64,000 nt of DNA from Tetramitus jugosus (taxonomy: Eukaryota; Protista; Heterolobosea), in contig OW569360.1 in the NCBI GenBank assembly GCA_937625935.1, positions 62,001 through 126,000 of the forward strand, given 5' to 3'. The position numbers were made by a program, and so were the translations under genes. The notes beneath the pieces are model-generated. The model saw nothing but the letters and a program-made list of their open reading frames with translations. It was not told where the DNA came from and did not search any database. Positions 51,801-62,435 of the stretch are shown here, piece after piece. The first letter of the stretch is position 1. Every line of letters begins with the position of its first letter.

Positions 51801-54680
51801 TTTCATCTATTGATTCACATTGATTGGCGAGGAATTGAAGAGTCCCCAACTCCAAATACAATTGGAATAATATATTATGATTCTTTTGCCAGACATCATT
51901 TAGATCTTCTGACACTTCCATATCAAATAAGCATGATATCGCTGCACACACGCACGGAATAGCGGTGCTGTAGGCAAATTTTTGCTTAAGGTTCGCCACC
52001 GCCTTTTGGTTGTATTCACATAATCTTCGTAACTTCATCCTTCTAGGCTCATCCTCCTTTATCTTCAATATGACACTCCGTCCCTTGTTAAAATGAGAAA
52101 CTATGCCTAACAACATTTCAGAGTCATCCATGTCACCCTCAAATAAAGAGAGATTATCTTTCAGCAAGCGCTGTCCAATTTGGTAGTGAGTCATTTGTCG
52201 CTCTTCATCGGGAATGTGAGAGTAGATAGCTTCGAGAACTCTGTCATGAGTAAAAGCAAATATGTTGTCTTCGGTGCTGATAAGACCAGCAGATATTAAA
52301 GAAGATAAAATTTGGTCCAAGCGTTCCTTCTTCATCCCAGCAACGTCTTCCAACAGATTCAGAGGGAATCTACATCCAAGACAGCTAGCTGTGTGTAAAA
52401 TTGATAATTCCTCATGCGAAAACTTTTTCAGTCGAGAAATCATCAGATCTAGAATGCCTTCGTTCAATTGAGACCGAAGCATCTTAAGTTTTGAGTATTT
52501 CCATGACGAGTTAGACTTGTAAATCACTCCATCATCATAAAACTCTTGGACTTGCATCCTACAAAACAAAGGATTCCCTCCACTCCGCTGAAAAACGACT
52601 CGCGCTAATTCTTCGGTTTGAGACAAATCGTTGTTCCTAAAGCAATCAGCAATAAACATGTGAACTTGTTCAAATGGGAGAGACTTCAACGATATTTGAT
52701 TGATGCATATATTTACTCTCCTAATAGCTTGTATAGTTTTGGTCAAACGGTGTCCGTCATCAATTTCATCATCTCTGTAAGCCATGACCAATATATATTG
52801 CTTTAAACTTTGGTTTTTCAACATAGATTGCAAGAAACGAAGACTATCATCATCCGCCCATTGCATGTCATCAAGAAATAGAATGTAAGGTAAATCGAAT
52901 GATTCCAAAAAGAGAGTAACAACAGTGTCAATAGATTTTGCTTCTCCTGCTTCCTTTGGATATGGTGTCCGATCCGAAGGAATCACTGCTCTCAACTCGG
53001 GTAGTAAACTTAAAATCAACCCAATATCATTCCCCAGTGTCGTTATCAATTTCTTTGTCCATTCCTGGAGTTTCGTGCTCGACCAACTAAATACTTGCTT
53101 AACTAACACGTGCAATGCATCGGTAATTGCGCTATACGCCATTCCCTGATTTACTTGATCAAACTTGCCACTTAAAAGTAAACAGGAAGAGTTGAGTCTC
53201 TTAATAGCTTCGAATACCAGACAGCTCTTTCCTACACCTCCAAGTCCTGTAATGATCGTAACTTCTGGTTTAGTATTATGTCCAATTCGATTGAAAATAT
53301 CTACGAGGGATGAGATTTGTTCATCTCTACCGTACAACTTGCTAGGGATGATTAACTGGTTTGTGTCGTCGCTTCGACCGAGGGTGAATGTTTGAATGTT
53401 ACTCTTTCTTCTCCAACACTTCCTGAGATCATGCAAAAGTCCTGCACATGACTGATATCGTTCCTCTTGATTTTTCTGATTGTAAATTGTGTTAGATGAA
53501 ATTGAAATCTAAAATGTAGTATCTAAATTCATACCTTCAATAGTTTCATAACAATGTCAGACAATATTCTCGGTATTGGTTTGTTGGCTCTTGATCGAAT
53601 GTCAAACGGACTCACTGGCTCTCTTGCTATATGACTATGAATTAACTCAATTGTATCCGTGGCATCAAACGGTAATATGCCTGTTAACAATTGATACAAT
53701 GTAACGCCCAAACTGTACAAATCAGATGTGTAATCAATGTGTTTTGCTATTCGTCCTGTCGCCTCCGGTGAGATATAAGCCAGAGAATGTTCAGAATGAA
53801 TTTGAACTCCCTGATTACAAGTACCAATCCTTTGAATCGACTGTAAGTTTACAATTTTAACGCGACCAGTCTCCCAGTTGATTGCGCAATTGTCTGGTCT
53901 CAAATCCATATGCAGCAAGCGATGATTATGTAATTCTGACAAACCCAAAGCCAACTGCATCGAAATATTGAGGAATTCTTCTGGCGAGAAGCCATGAATT
54001 GGAATATAATTCATCAAATAATCACCACAATCCTCACACACCATTAAAACGTGTCTATCATTATCCCATTTACTAATATCGCCCGCTCTAGAATAATCAA
54101 TAGTAAATGAAGGACTCTGATGCATCATCAAACTACTCCTATCGGGTACCAGGGAATCATCCTCATCCTTCGGTTGCTGAATCCCTTTGGAATACTTTTC
54201 TGCAATCGATTGGTAACAAACTTCTTTCACAGGTGACATTGAAGACGATGAATGAATTTGACCCATTGTGACACTAGAACTCATCAAACGATCAGTTTTT
54301 CTCACGGCAATGTCCAAGTATCGAATGACATGGCTCCCTTCAAATATGGATTGGCAATAAGCAGAACATGACGGAGACAATGCGGAAGGCAGTATCTCTA
54401 GAGCCATTTGATATTCTTGTTTTAGTTTTTCAATCGCTTTTGGACATTGTTCATGGTATCGTTTCCACAGCACAACATTTGTGCTCACATCACTCTCACT
54501 TTCATTATTATTGATATTGCTTTTGATTGAACGAGCTCTATAAATGTGACCCTTTTGAAGTGTTTCAATGATCGAGTAACGTTGTTGACCCCGTTGCTCA
54601 GTCGAAGCACCACTTAATCTTGGAAATAATAACTCGTGATAACCTTTGTTCCTTTCGTCGTTGTCGTCGTTCAGAGTCAT
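48898..54680 (-). CDS. STYK-AAA ATPase-GAF-histidine kinase fusion (HstK / fungal group X type), ~1907 aa, intron 53476..53534
   Basis: Kinase-like LAYISPEATGR..IDY.SDLYSLG. Splicing gives KKNQEERYQSCAGLLHDL. Also LYGRD, Walker A GLGGVGKS, Walker B FLDDMQWAD, SGGNPLF, FTHDRV, GAF SIMCMPI...LYLENN and HATPase NAVKF/DTGIG/GGSGL. Confidence 0.92.
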
Positions 54681-54916
54681 TCTATATGACCTCTAGATGT
54701 ACGAGCAAGTTGAGTGAATCTGGTTGAGTCCCGTTGCGGTTCGTTTTTTCAATTTGATTTCGCTCTTTCTATTTTCGGGATGGATCAGAAAGCACCAAGG
54801 TCAGGTTTCTCCTGTTGCGCATGCGGTCCATCACATCACCACGGATTACAGTAAATGCCTTTTATTCATGTTAGCCATCTTGAACACCACCTCGATGAAC
54901 GTCAGTACAGTAACAT

Positions 54917-55329
54917 TTAATAAATTCTCTTTGGTACTCCATTCCAATTCTGTTTAGCATTTAACAACCAATCATCTTGAATCATCTCCTCTGCCAACAA
55001 TTGCAAATGCTTTGCATAGTCATCATGGAACTCTGAGATCACAAAAACATTAACATTGTTCAATAAAAGTTATATCATTTTCATTCATATTCAAATAAAT
55101 TACCTTTTTCAGCTTGAACAATTGCTTGTTCACTATCCAACAAGATGTCTGTCTCATTTAACATCTCCTGATCCTTCCTCAGCACATCTCCATCATCTGC
55201 TGCTTCATCAAAAACGCTTGGGCTCACATCACCACCAGCTCTTCGTCGTTTGCGAGAAGTGTGAGTTTTTCTTGACCGAACAGGAGTCGTTACATGTTGG
55301 TCACTACTGTTATGGTCACCACCTTCCAT
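54917..55329 (-). CDS. Small 113-aa protein, candidate APC/C subunit APC16-like, 2 exons, intron 55033..55103
   Basis: A GTAATT...CTCAG intron extends ORF 55081..55329 to ...EKEFHDDYAKHLQLLAEEMIQDDWLL...IY*, which resembles the APC16 C-terminal helix ([25 protein letters not shown]). Confidence 0.55.
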
Positions 55330-55528
55330 CGTTGTTCTTCTATTTCTTGGTTCACTATTTTCGGCGGGAACAATACTCCGAAAGTTTCGCGCCGAACTTG
55401 TCGCCCATCACATTTCCTTTTTGCGTGGACAATCAAAAAAATAAATAACGTTTCTTACACAATCAACCACAGACGAATCAATCAAAAGAACTAGAGCTCT
55501 TTGAAAAGCTTAAGAGTTAAAACTTACC

Positions 55529-57631
55529 ATGATACCGGACAAGTTTATTGTGCGAAGCTTTGACCTTGCCGCCACTGAGGCGCTCAACTTCTTGCAAAGT
55601 GATGATCCAAAAGTCACTCAATCTCGTCTTCACAAGATTCGCAGTGACATTGAAAAGTTTCATCAATTACTCTTGACTCATTTTCCAGATCTTCTCCCAA
55701 CTTGTTCCACAACAACAACAACAACATTATCAGCAGTTGCAGCTAATAGACAACAGTCACCCAATCATTCATTCAACGAAGAAGAAGAAGGATCAGCTGA
55801 GGAAGATACTGACAGTGAAGATGAATCATTGATCAATAACAACAATAATAAGAATAGGATTACGCTACCATCAGCAGAGGATCAGCATCAACAATCAACA
55901 GAGCAGGAAAACGAAGAACAAGTCGAAAGAGAAGCAGAAAATGCATTCAATTGGACATTTTGGACCCATGAATTACAAAACGCATCATTGTTGCCCAAAA
56001 TCATTGATCCAACAACATTAGTTGTCAACGCTACTTTGGTCAATGGATCACACGATGGTGGTGATGATGCTACTTCTTCGTCCAACAAATCATTGAATCG
56101 TCAGTTGAAGGCAAGAAGAACAGGTAGTCGATTACTACCAACAAGTGGTACTCCTTCACCTACTACACTTTCTACGTCTGTTCCTGCTACTACTAAGACT
56201 ACTACTGAGACTGTGGCTGCTGCTGTTTCATCGATGACCGGATTGCCACTCTCAAGATCCATATCTGATAAACAAAATCAATCACAACAACAACACCAAT
56301 TGAGAGAGAAGGATCAATCAACTACACTAACAGCATCAACAGCAACAACAATGACGACAGTCAATCCAATATCATCTACAAATCGATTAAAGAGACGATT
56401 GAGTGAATCAAATGTAATGGATCACAGTGCTGAGAAACGGATACGAACAATGCCAGCGTCATCCTCATCAGGATCATCGTCTTCTTCAACAGCATCATCA
56501 TCAACGACCAGTATTGAATTAACAACAACAGCAGCAAATCATCAACAAGTACATCAAAATGGTGATGAAGGAGTGTCTCGATACGAACATCAAGACCAGC
56601 CAGTCGAGAAACAATCACCATCGAAAACATCAAAGTCGACCAAGCGAAAATCAAAGAAGAGCAAGAAGGGGAAGACTGAAAATCGCAGATCAGCTCCCTA
56701 TGATATCGTGAAACGGATGAAACCTGCTTTTGCAGAATTTTGTGGAAAGGAGATGGCCAGTCGAAGAGAAGCACTCAGACTGACTTGGGATTATATACGC
56801 GCGAACAAGTTGCAACCTCATGAAAACAATCGAAATTTTATCACTTTTGATGACACGTTGCAAAAAGCGCTGAATACAAATCTTACATCGATCAACAAGG
56901 CTGCTACATTGAGCTCTCATGTCTATTCACAGTTTGTGAAAGAAGATGATGCTGTTGTTACTGTTGCTCCTGCTTCTGCTGCTACTCCTGCCCCTTCCGC
57001 AAGCAATGCCTCTAATATTGACAACCAACCTCAAGCAGCCAAGCAAACAACACCACTACAACCAAAGAGTAGTATTTTGAGCAAACCAACGGACACTATT
57101 ACAGGAACCTCGACGAGCTCTCAGGTGCCAACAATGATTACTCATCGTGTTTTGAACGGTGACAAGGCCAATACGATCGCAGTCAGAGCAAACTTTGGTC
57201 CTTCAACCAATGTCTCGGGGGTGCGCCCATATGTGCCAACCGTGCCTGTATCACATTCTACTGTGCCTGAAATAATGACACCAGGTGGCTCCGTCAAGCC
57301 CAAACGTGAAGTTCCTCATGCGGTTAACTCGTCTGCTGCCATTGAATTCTTTGGCACGACAGTGATTACGCCTGAAAATGCTCGAAAGAAAATCTGGGAA
57401 CATATTAAGAAGAACCAGTTACAAATGGATAAAAATATTATCGTTGTGGATGATGTGCTCCGGAAGGCATTTAGTATTCCAATGGATACGATCACTGCAG
57501 TACCAGGCATTCCAACGATATGCAGAAAAGTGCTTCAACAAGTCCCTAGTTTCTCTAATGAAGCAACCGCAGACATTTTCGCCAATAATGAAAAACTCGT
57601 GGCACCCGATAGGCCTCCAGATAATGACTGA
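55529..57631 (+). CDS. Protein with two SWIB/MDM2 domains (UAF30/Tri1-like chromatin factor)
   Basis: AFAEFCG...SRREALRLTWDYIRANKLQ...FDDTLQKAL and EFFG.......ARKKIWEHIKKNQLQ...VDDVLRKAF. Confidence 0.82.
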   Translation: MIPDKFIVRSFDLAATEALNFLQSDDPKVTQSRLHKIRSDIEKFHQLLLTHFPDLLPTCSTTTTTTLSAVAANRQQSPNHSFNEEEEGSAEEDTDSEDESLINNNNNKNRITLPSAEDQHQQSTEQENEEQVEREAENAFNWTFWTHELQNASLLPKIIDPTTLVVNATLVNGSHDGGDDATSSSNKSLNRQLKARRTGSRLLPTSGTPSPTTLSTSVPATTKTTTETVAAAVSSMTGLPLSRSISDKQNQSQQQHQLREKDQSTTLTASTATTMTTVNPISSTNRLKRRLSESNVMDHSAEKRIRTMPASSSSGSSSSSTASSSTTSIELTTTAANHQQVHQNGDEGVSRYEHQDQPVEKQSPSKTSKSTKRKSKKSKKGKTENRRSAPYDIVKRMKPAFAEFCGKEMASRREALRLTWDYIRANKLQPHENNRNFITFDDTLQKALNTNLTSINKAATLSSHVYSQFVKEDDAVVTVAPASAATPAPSASNASNIDNQPQAAKQTTPLQPKSSILSKPTDTITGTSTSSQVPTMITHRVLNGDKANTIAVRANFGPSTNVSGVRPYVPTVPVSHSTVPEIMTPGGSVKPKREVPHAVNSSAAIEFFGTTVITPENARKKIWEHIKKNQLQMDKNIIVVDDVLRKAFSIPMDTITAVPGIPTICRKVLQQVPSFSNEATADIFANNEKLVAPDRPPDND

Positions 57632-57657
57632 TTGTAGATTTATTACTCATATCGGAT

Positions 57658-59671
57658 TTATTCACCCGTAGAAGTATTGGCCGATATATCTAGTACACTA
57701 CTCGTTATGGTTGTATCCAATGGAGTCGATAAATCTGTTGAATGTGTGCTGTTCGTTGTCACAGAAAATATAGAGTCCGACACACCACTCAATCGATTCT
57801 GATTCTTTGTCTCAATCATGAAAATGCATTGTTCGATACCAAATTTGAGGTCTGCAATGCAGTTTTGTTCTCTTCGAGTACAGTTTGGAGTTTTGTATAC
57901 ATCACTATCTACAATCTCCAATAAATCCTTTTCTAACTTAACAATCTTCACAGGTTTGTTAGCTTCATGAATGAGAATTCGATGATCCTTCCTATTGTAC
58001 ACTAATCGAAGTCCATCTGCATAGAAGATCATTTCAGCATCAGGTTTCGGCTCATTTTGCATCAACATACACCTCCCTCGGCTAGAATTGTAAATATGAC
58101 TGGGTGTTTTTGATTTTACCTTTTCCACAAAATGGTAAGCGTAGTTGTACAGATGTTCTAAGTTCTTTGGTAATTCTTTTCGATGGTAGTGCTTGGATGC
58201 TCCAAGTGTGCATTTTTCGGTGTGCCATACGTCCTTACTATCTGCGGAAACTACAAAAGAACTTCCTTCAAGTATTATGTGAACTAAACCTTCTCTATCG
58301 AGTTCAAATTGAATGTTCCCATCGTTTGATCGATGGGATATCGCTTTCAAGCTAGATGAATTGAACTCTGGAAGGTTAGTTAACATGGCGAAGCAGTTTA
58401 AGACTGGTTCTTCTATTGTTTCCTCCTGCGATGTAGATCTGAAGAAGTTATGACGCTTAACCGCAGACAGAGATATTCGTTTGCCTGGGTCTCTTTCGAG
58501 TAACTTTGAAATAAGATCCTTGGCTTCGAAAGAAAAGTGATCCGGAATTCTAAAATCCATATTCTGAATTAACTTGAAGGTCTCCTCTACTGTTTCTGAA
58601 TCTCGATGAAAGGGCGTTCTTCCCTCCAGAAAAGCATACAATATACATCCTAATGACCAATTATCTGCCTTTTGACTGTATGGCTTCTGAAGGACAACTT
58701 CATAAGCCATATACTTTGGAGTTCCTAGTTGTGTTCCACATTCTCCATTCGGTTTTGTATACCGGGAGAGACCAAAGTCGGAAATCTTGACAACTTTGTC
58801 AGATGTCAACAGTAAGTTTGCCAACTTTAGATCTCTGTGCATGATTTGATGGGAGTGTAGATGTGCCAATCCAGCGACAATATCTCTCATATACCTTCTC
58901 GATCTTCTCTCTGAAAACTTCTTCTTGGATTGCAAATGATACAACATGTTATATTTGCAATACTCCATGACCATGTATATACTGGTGTAATCCTCAAAAA
59001 AGTGATAGAGCTCCACAATGTTCTCATGTTTCATCTTCAGATGGATAATAAGTTCTGATCTCACATGATGCATCATTCCATTGTTTTTTATCATGTTCTT
59101 GTCCAACTGTCATATACCATAATAACAGAGCATTAACAAAAATCAAGGAACTTAAACTCTCAAAACACTTCTATCTACTTACAATCTTGATGGCAATGAC
59201 TTGCTTTGTGTGATTGGATCGAGCTTTCCATACCGTTCCATATGATCCTCTCCCAATAATCTGATAAAACTTATAGTCTTGCTTGGTTGACCCCATTCTT
59301 AGCCTATTCTTCATCATCAATGACAATTCATTCTTTGTCAATATTTCCTCCTGATGGTGAGTCTCTCTCGAGTTTTCTTGATTGTCAGCAGGTAGCCTCG
59401 AGTTGTTCGAAAGTGTTCCACTGACATTACCTCCTAGACTGAATCTGTTGGCTTGCGAGTGTTCTACACTTCCAATTTGAGGCGACAACAATTCGGATCT
59501 TGTTTTGAGAGGAGAAGTGTTCGTCTGGTAGTGGTGATTCTGATGTTGGCGTTGCAGGGGTTGTGGAGAAGGAGATGTGCGGTGGTGACTGAGCTCTGAT
59601 GATCCAATCGAGCTTGAAATGGACAACAGAGACGAGGTGTTTGATGTTACCGTCGCTACAGTTGTGGGCAT
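57658..59671 (-). CDS. PLK4: Polo-like kinase 4 (SAK)-like, 2 exons, intron 59107..59182
   Basis: GRGSYG, AIK|ILDK, HRDLKLANLLL and DFGL. Cryptic polo box LP......YNYAYHFVEKVKSKTP...RCMLMQNEP..DAE..FYADG. Confidence 0.85.
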
Positions 59672-59981
59672 GACATTGATCTTGTACTGTGTTGTTTCCG
59701 CGGGGTTACCCCTTTTTTGAAAAAATCGTAAAAAGGTTGGCGCGCGAAGTATCAAACAACTATGCTCGTGATGTATTTATTTGGTTTTGGTGGTTCTTAA
59801 ACTCATGAAGACTAAAGAAAAGTTATCTTTAATGGTTTTTATTGGTGAAGCACATGATCAACAACCCCGAGTGTAGCTTGCAGCTTACTGATAAAGCTTG
59901 TGGTTCCGGCTTCTCCACCCGTGTGTAAATTGATGTATTGCTTAATTCCCCCCTGAAGATCATGTGCATTCCTATTGAAAT

Positions 59982-60914
59982 TTAACGGAACATTGAGCTA
60001 ATCACTTCCTTCTCGCTGCTGAAGGTCACGCTCGACAATACAACATGGGAGTTGTGCTTGTCCACAATCTTTGGGATAATAAGTCTGCAAGCCTTTTCTC
60101 TCTCGTTAGAAAAGCCCAAAACTTTAAGGATTCTTGCCAGCTGGTTGCATGTGAAGTAATTGTATGCAGAAGCGGAGCTAATGATACTATCTCTATCTGA
60201 TTCGAAGGAACCACCCTTGATCGAATTCAACAAACTATTGAAAGAACCTTCGTCCATGGCAACCCCACCACTACTGACAATCACGGGTTGGTGTGGCTGA
60301 TAAGGTTGGTGATGGTGAGTTGGATATGAGGATTGTTGTTGATTAACCCATTGTGTGCTAACGCCGATCAATCCTCCGATCAATGAGCCAATAACAGGAA
60401 CTGGGACTTTCTCAATAATCCAATGATGGTTTGGTGCATGTGGAGTCTCAGCGTACAAGAATGGAGAAGCATGTTGGAAGCTGTGTTGATGGTTGCCCGA
60501 GGTGTTACCATCGAGAGCCAATCCGTTGGCAGCATTGACAATGAGATAAGACATACCATCACCAGTAGGCTTCAACCACCATTGATGGTTTGGTGCATGA
60601 GGTGTTGCCGTGTACAAGAATGGAGACGGGTGGACACCAGATTGAGGAACGTTAACATTGCCATCAAGAGCCATTGCTTGGCCGCCGTGATAATGGGTCT
60701 TGAGAAGGAAAGCACCGTTCGATTGTTTCTCGAGAAACCACTTGTGGTTTGGAGCGGATGGGTTGTGGCCATACATGAAGACACGAGGATGAGCTGGAGA
60801 GTGCTGTTGATAGGCACCTGTGTTTGCATCGAGAGCTAAGCCAGTGGACTTGTTCTTGATAAAGTATTCTCCGTTCTGGATAGTATGGTGGGCTTGATAA
60901 AAGTGGATATTCAT
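59982..60914 (-). CDS. Ricin-B (beta-trefoil) lectin-like domain fused to a C-terminal DUF4476 domain
   Basis: Three internal repeats I.N..GLALD.N...HP.PFLY...P.APNH.W. C-terminal AMD..SF..LL..IK..SFES.R...FTC.Q...L....FS.ER...IVD..N...V.....FSSEK. Confidence 0.8.
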   Translation of the reverse strand: MNIHFYQAHHTIQNGEYFIKNKSTGLALDANTGAYQQHSPAHPRVFMYGHNPSAPNHKWFLEKQSNGAFLLKTHYHGGQAMALDGNVNVPQSGVHPSPFLYTATPHAPNHQWWLKPTGDGMSYLIVNAANGLALDGNTSGNHQHSFQHASPFLYAETPHAPNHHWIIEKVPVPVIGSLIGGLIGVSTQWVNQQQSSYPTHHHQPYQPHQPVIVSSGGVAMDEGSFNSLLNSIKGGSFESDRDSIISSASAYNYFTCNQLARILKVLGFSNEREKACRLIIPKIVDKHNSHVVLSSVTFSSEKEVISSMFR

Positions 60915-61337
60915 ATTGCTTCTAATTAACAAGGTATGTTGTTGTTTTGTTGTTGAACTGATCAGTTCAAATTTGCTGTTTTATAGGATAGGATACATGC
61001 ATTGTTTCCGAATCCACATTAGAAGAACAATCAAGTATCATCTCTTTTCTGCAGCCATGGAATAGTTGGACTAGGTCAATTTGTGCAATTGTTGGGAACA
61101 TAAAAACAAGTTCAAATCGGCCAAAAAATGTCGAAGCGTCCTTTGCAAGAAGGATTGTGCTTTTCCACTCTCTTCTTCGTTCGAGACGATGGGTTACACC
61201 AGTTGAAATTAGAAATGCAAGATTCAGGATTGTGATAGAATGTCAAGAATCCAACACCCATGACAATATTCGGTAATCTATAGCTGTCTTGAAAAAAAAC
61301 ATTGAGATCTGACTAAAGATCGTTTCTCCAGTCAACC

Positions 61338-61775
61338 ATGGATCTGAGAGCTATTAAAAAAAAAGAAACAAAGATGATCGTTTGTCAATGGTCCCACGTA
61401 TTAGAGTTGACTGAGGAGAATATTCATCACTGTGTTCCTCAAAGTCGAGGCGTGTATGAACTGGGCTGGTTCGACAGAGAAGACAACAAATTCAAACCAG
61501 TGTACATTGAGAGAGCAACAGGCGACGACGACGCTTCCTCGTTGCACGACAAGCTCGTTCAAGAGTACCAAAAACGAAAGGACAATGGAAACTTGTTCTT
61601 CCGCTTCTCTCAGGTTGAATCACCAGCCAAAACGATGGCTCGGTTGCTTGATTTCTGGGGAACAGGCCGTGGATGTCTCTACGAATGGAATACTGACATC
61701 AGAGACAATAATCTCGTTGAAGATGAGAAAAAGGAGGACAATGATGCAGCAACCCTGTTTGATCCCAGTCAATAA
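61338..61775 (+). CDS. Small GIY-YIG-like fold protein with degenerate active site
   Basis: VP..RGVYELG...PVYIERA...L..KL...LFFRF...A....RLL...YEWN. Alternative ATG at 61374. Confidence 0.6.
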   Translation: MDLRAIKKKETKMIVCQWSHVLELTEENIHHCVPQSRGVYELGWFDREDNKFKPVYIERATGDDDASSLHDKLVQEYQKRKDNGNLFFRFSQVESPAKTMARLLDFWGTGRGCLYEWNTDIRDNNLVEDEKKEDNDAATLFDPSQ

Positions 61776-61878
61776 TAATAAAAAACTCTTGCTCCCAAAA
61801 AGACCAAAAATTTCTTCCCTTTCATAACAACAAAAGAAAACTCTGAGAATTCGAGATCACAAATTGAAACAACGAAAA

Positions 61879-62346
61879 ATGTCGTCGTCAGCAACGTCCG
61901 CAGCCACAGCCTTCACTCCATTCATTAGTCATGCACTCAAGCGCCAAAAACAACGCACCCAGGTTCTCTCCCTGTACAGAGCCATTCACAAGCTGAGTTT
62001 CACATGGCCAAAAATAGAAGAAAGAGAGTACATTGCACAAGAAGCGAGACAATTGTTTGGTACCAACAAGAGTATCAGTGAAGAAGACACTGAACTGATT
62101 GATAAGAAGATTATGGAAGCAGAAGCGCGTTTGGCCCTCGCACTGCACTATGGCATTCCTTATCCCAGAGCTTACAATATTTCTCCCGATCAGAAAACTT
62201 TGATTGTTCCGCAGTACATGCATTCGTTTTTGCCAGAGGGTTATGAAGAGATGGGAGAAGATGCGTATGAGGAGAGTAACAAGAGTCGACACGGGCAACA
62301 ACATCAACAGCAACAGAATCAACAATCGAATGAAGAGGAATATTAA
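61879..62346 (+). CDS. LYRM1: LYR-motif protein 1-like (mitochondrial)
   Basis: VLSLYR...W..EEREYI..EAR.LF..NK...I.EAEARL.LALHYGIPYPR. Confidence 0.85.
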   Translation: MSSSATSAATAFTPFISHALKRQKQRTQVLSLYRAIHKLSFTWPKIEEREYIAQEARQLFGTNKSISEEDTELIDKKIMEAEARLALALHYGIPYPRAYNISPDQKTLIVPQYMHSFLPEGYEEMGEDAYEESNKSRHGQQHQQQQNQQSNEEEY

Positions 62347-62435
62347 AGTTGTTGTTGAAGATGGGAGGAGAAGATGATCTGATCACACAGTGCTTTTGCA
62401 TCACGGTAATATCATTGTTGTTAAATTTTTACATG

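Noticed and set aside
2891-59182. Split ORFs read as frameshifts, pseudogenes or stop-codon reassignment
   Set aside because: Every split in a recognisable gene is explained by a canonical intron that restores conserved motifs. TAA, TAG and TGA are all used as stops.
59850-59967. 5S rRNA or SECIS element
   Set aside because: The length fits 5S but its conserved sequence blocks are missing, and the adjacent gene has no in-frame TGA.
61128-61235. 35-codon ORF MSKRPLQEG... with an A-rich start context
   Set aside because: Too short, with no motif or splice support.
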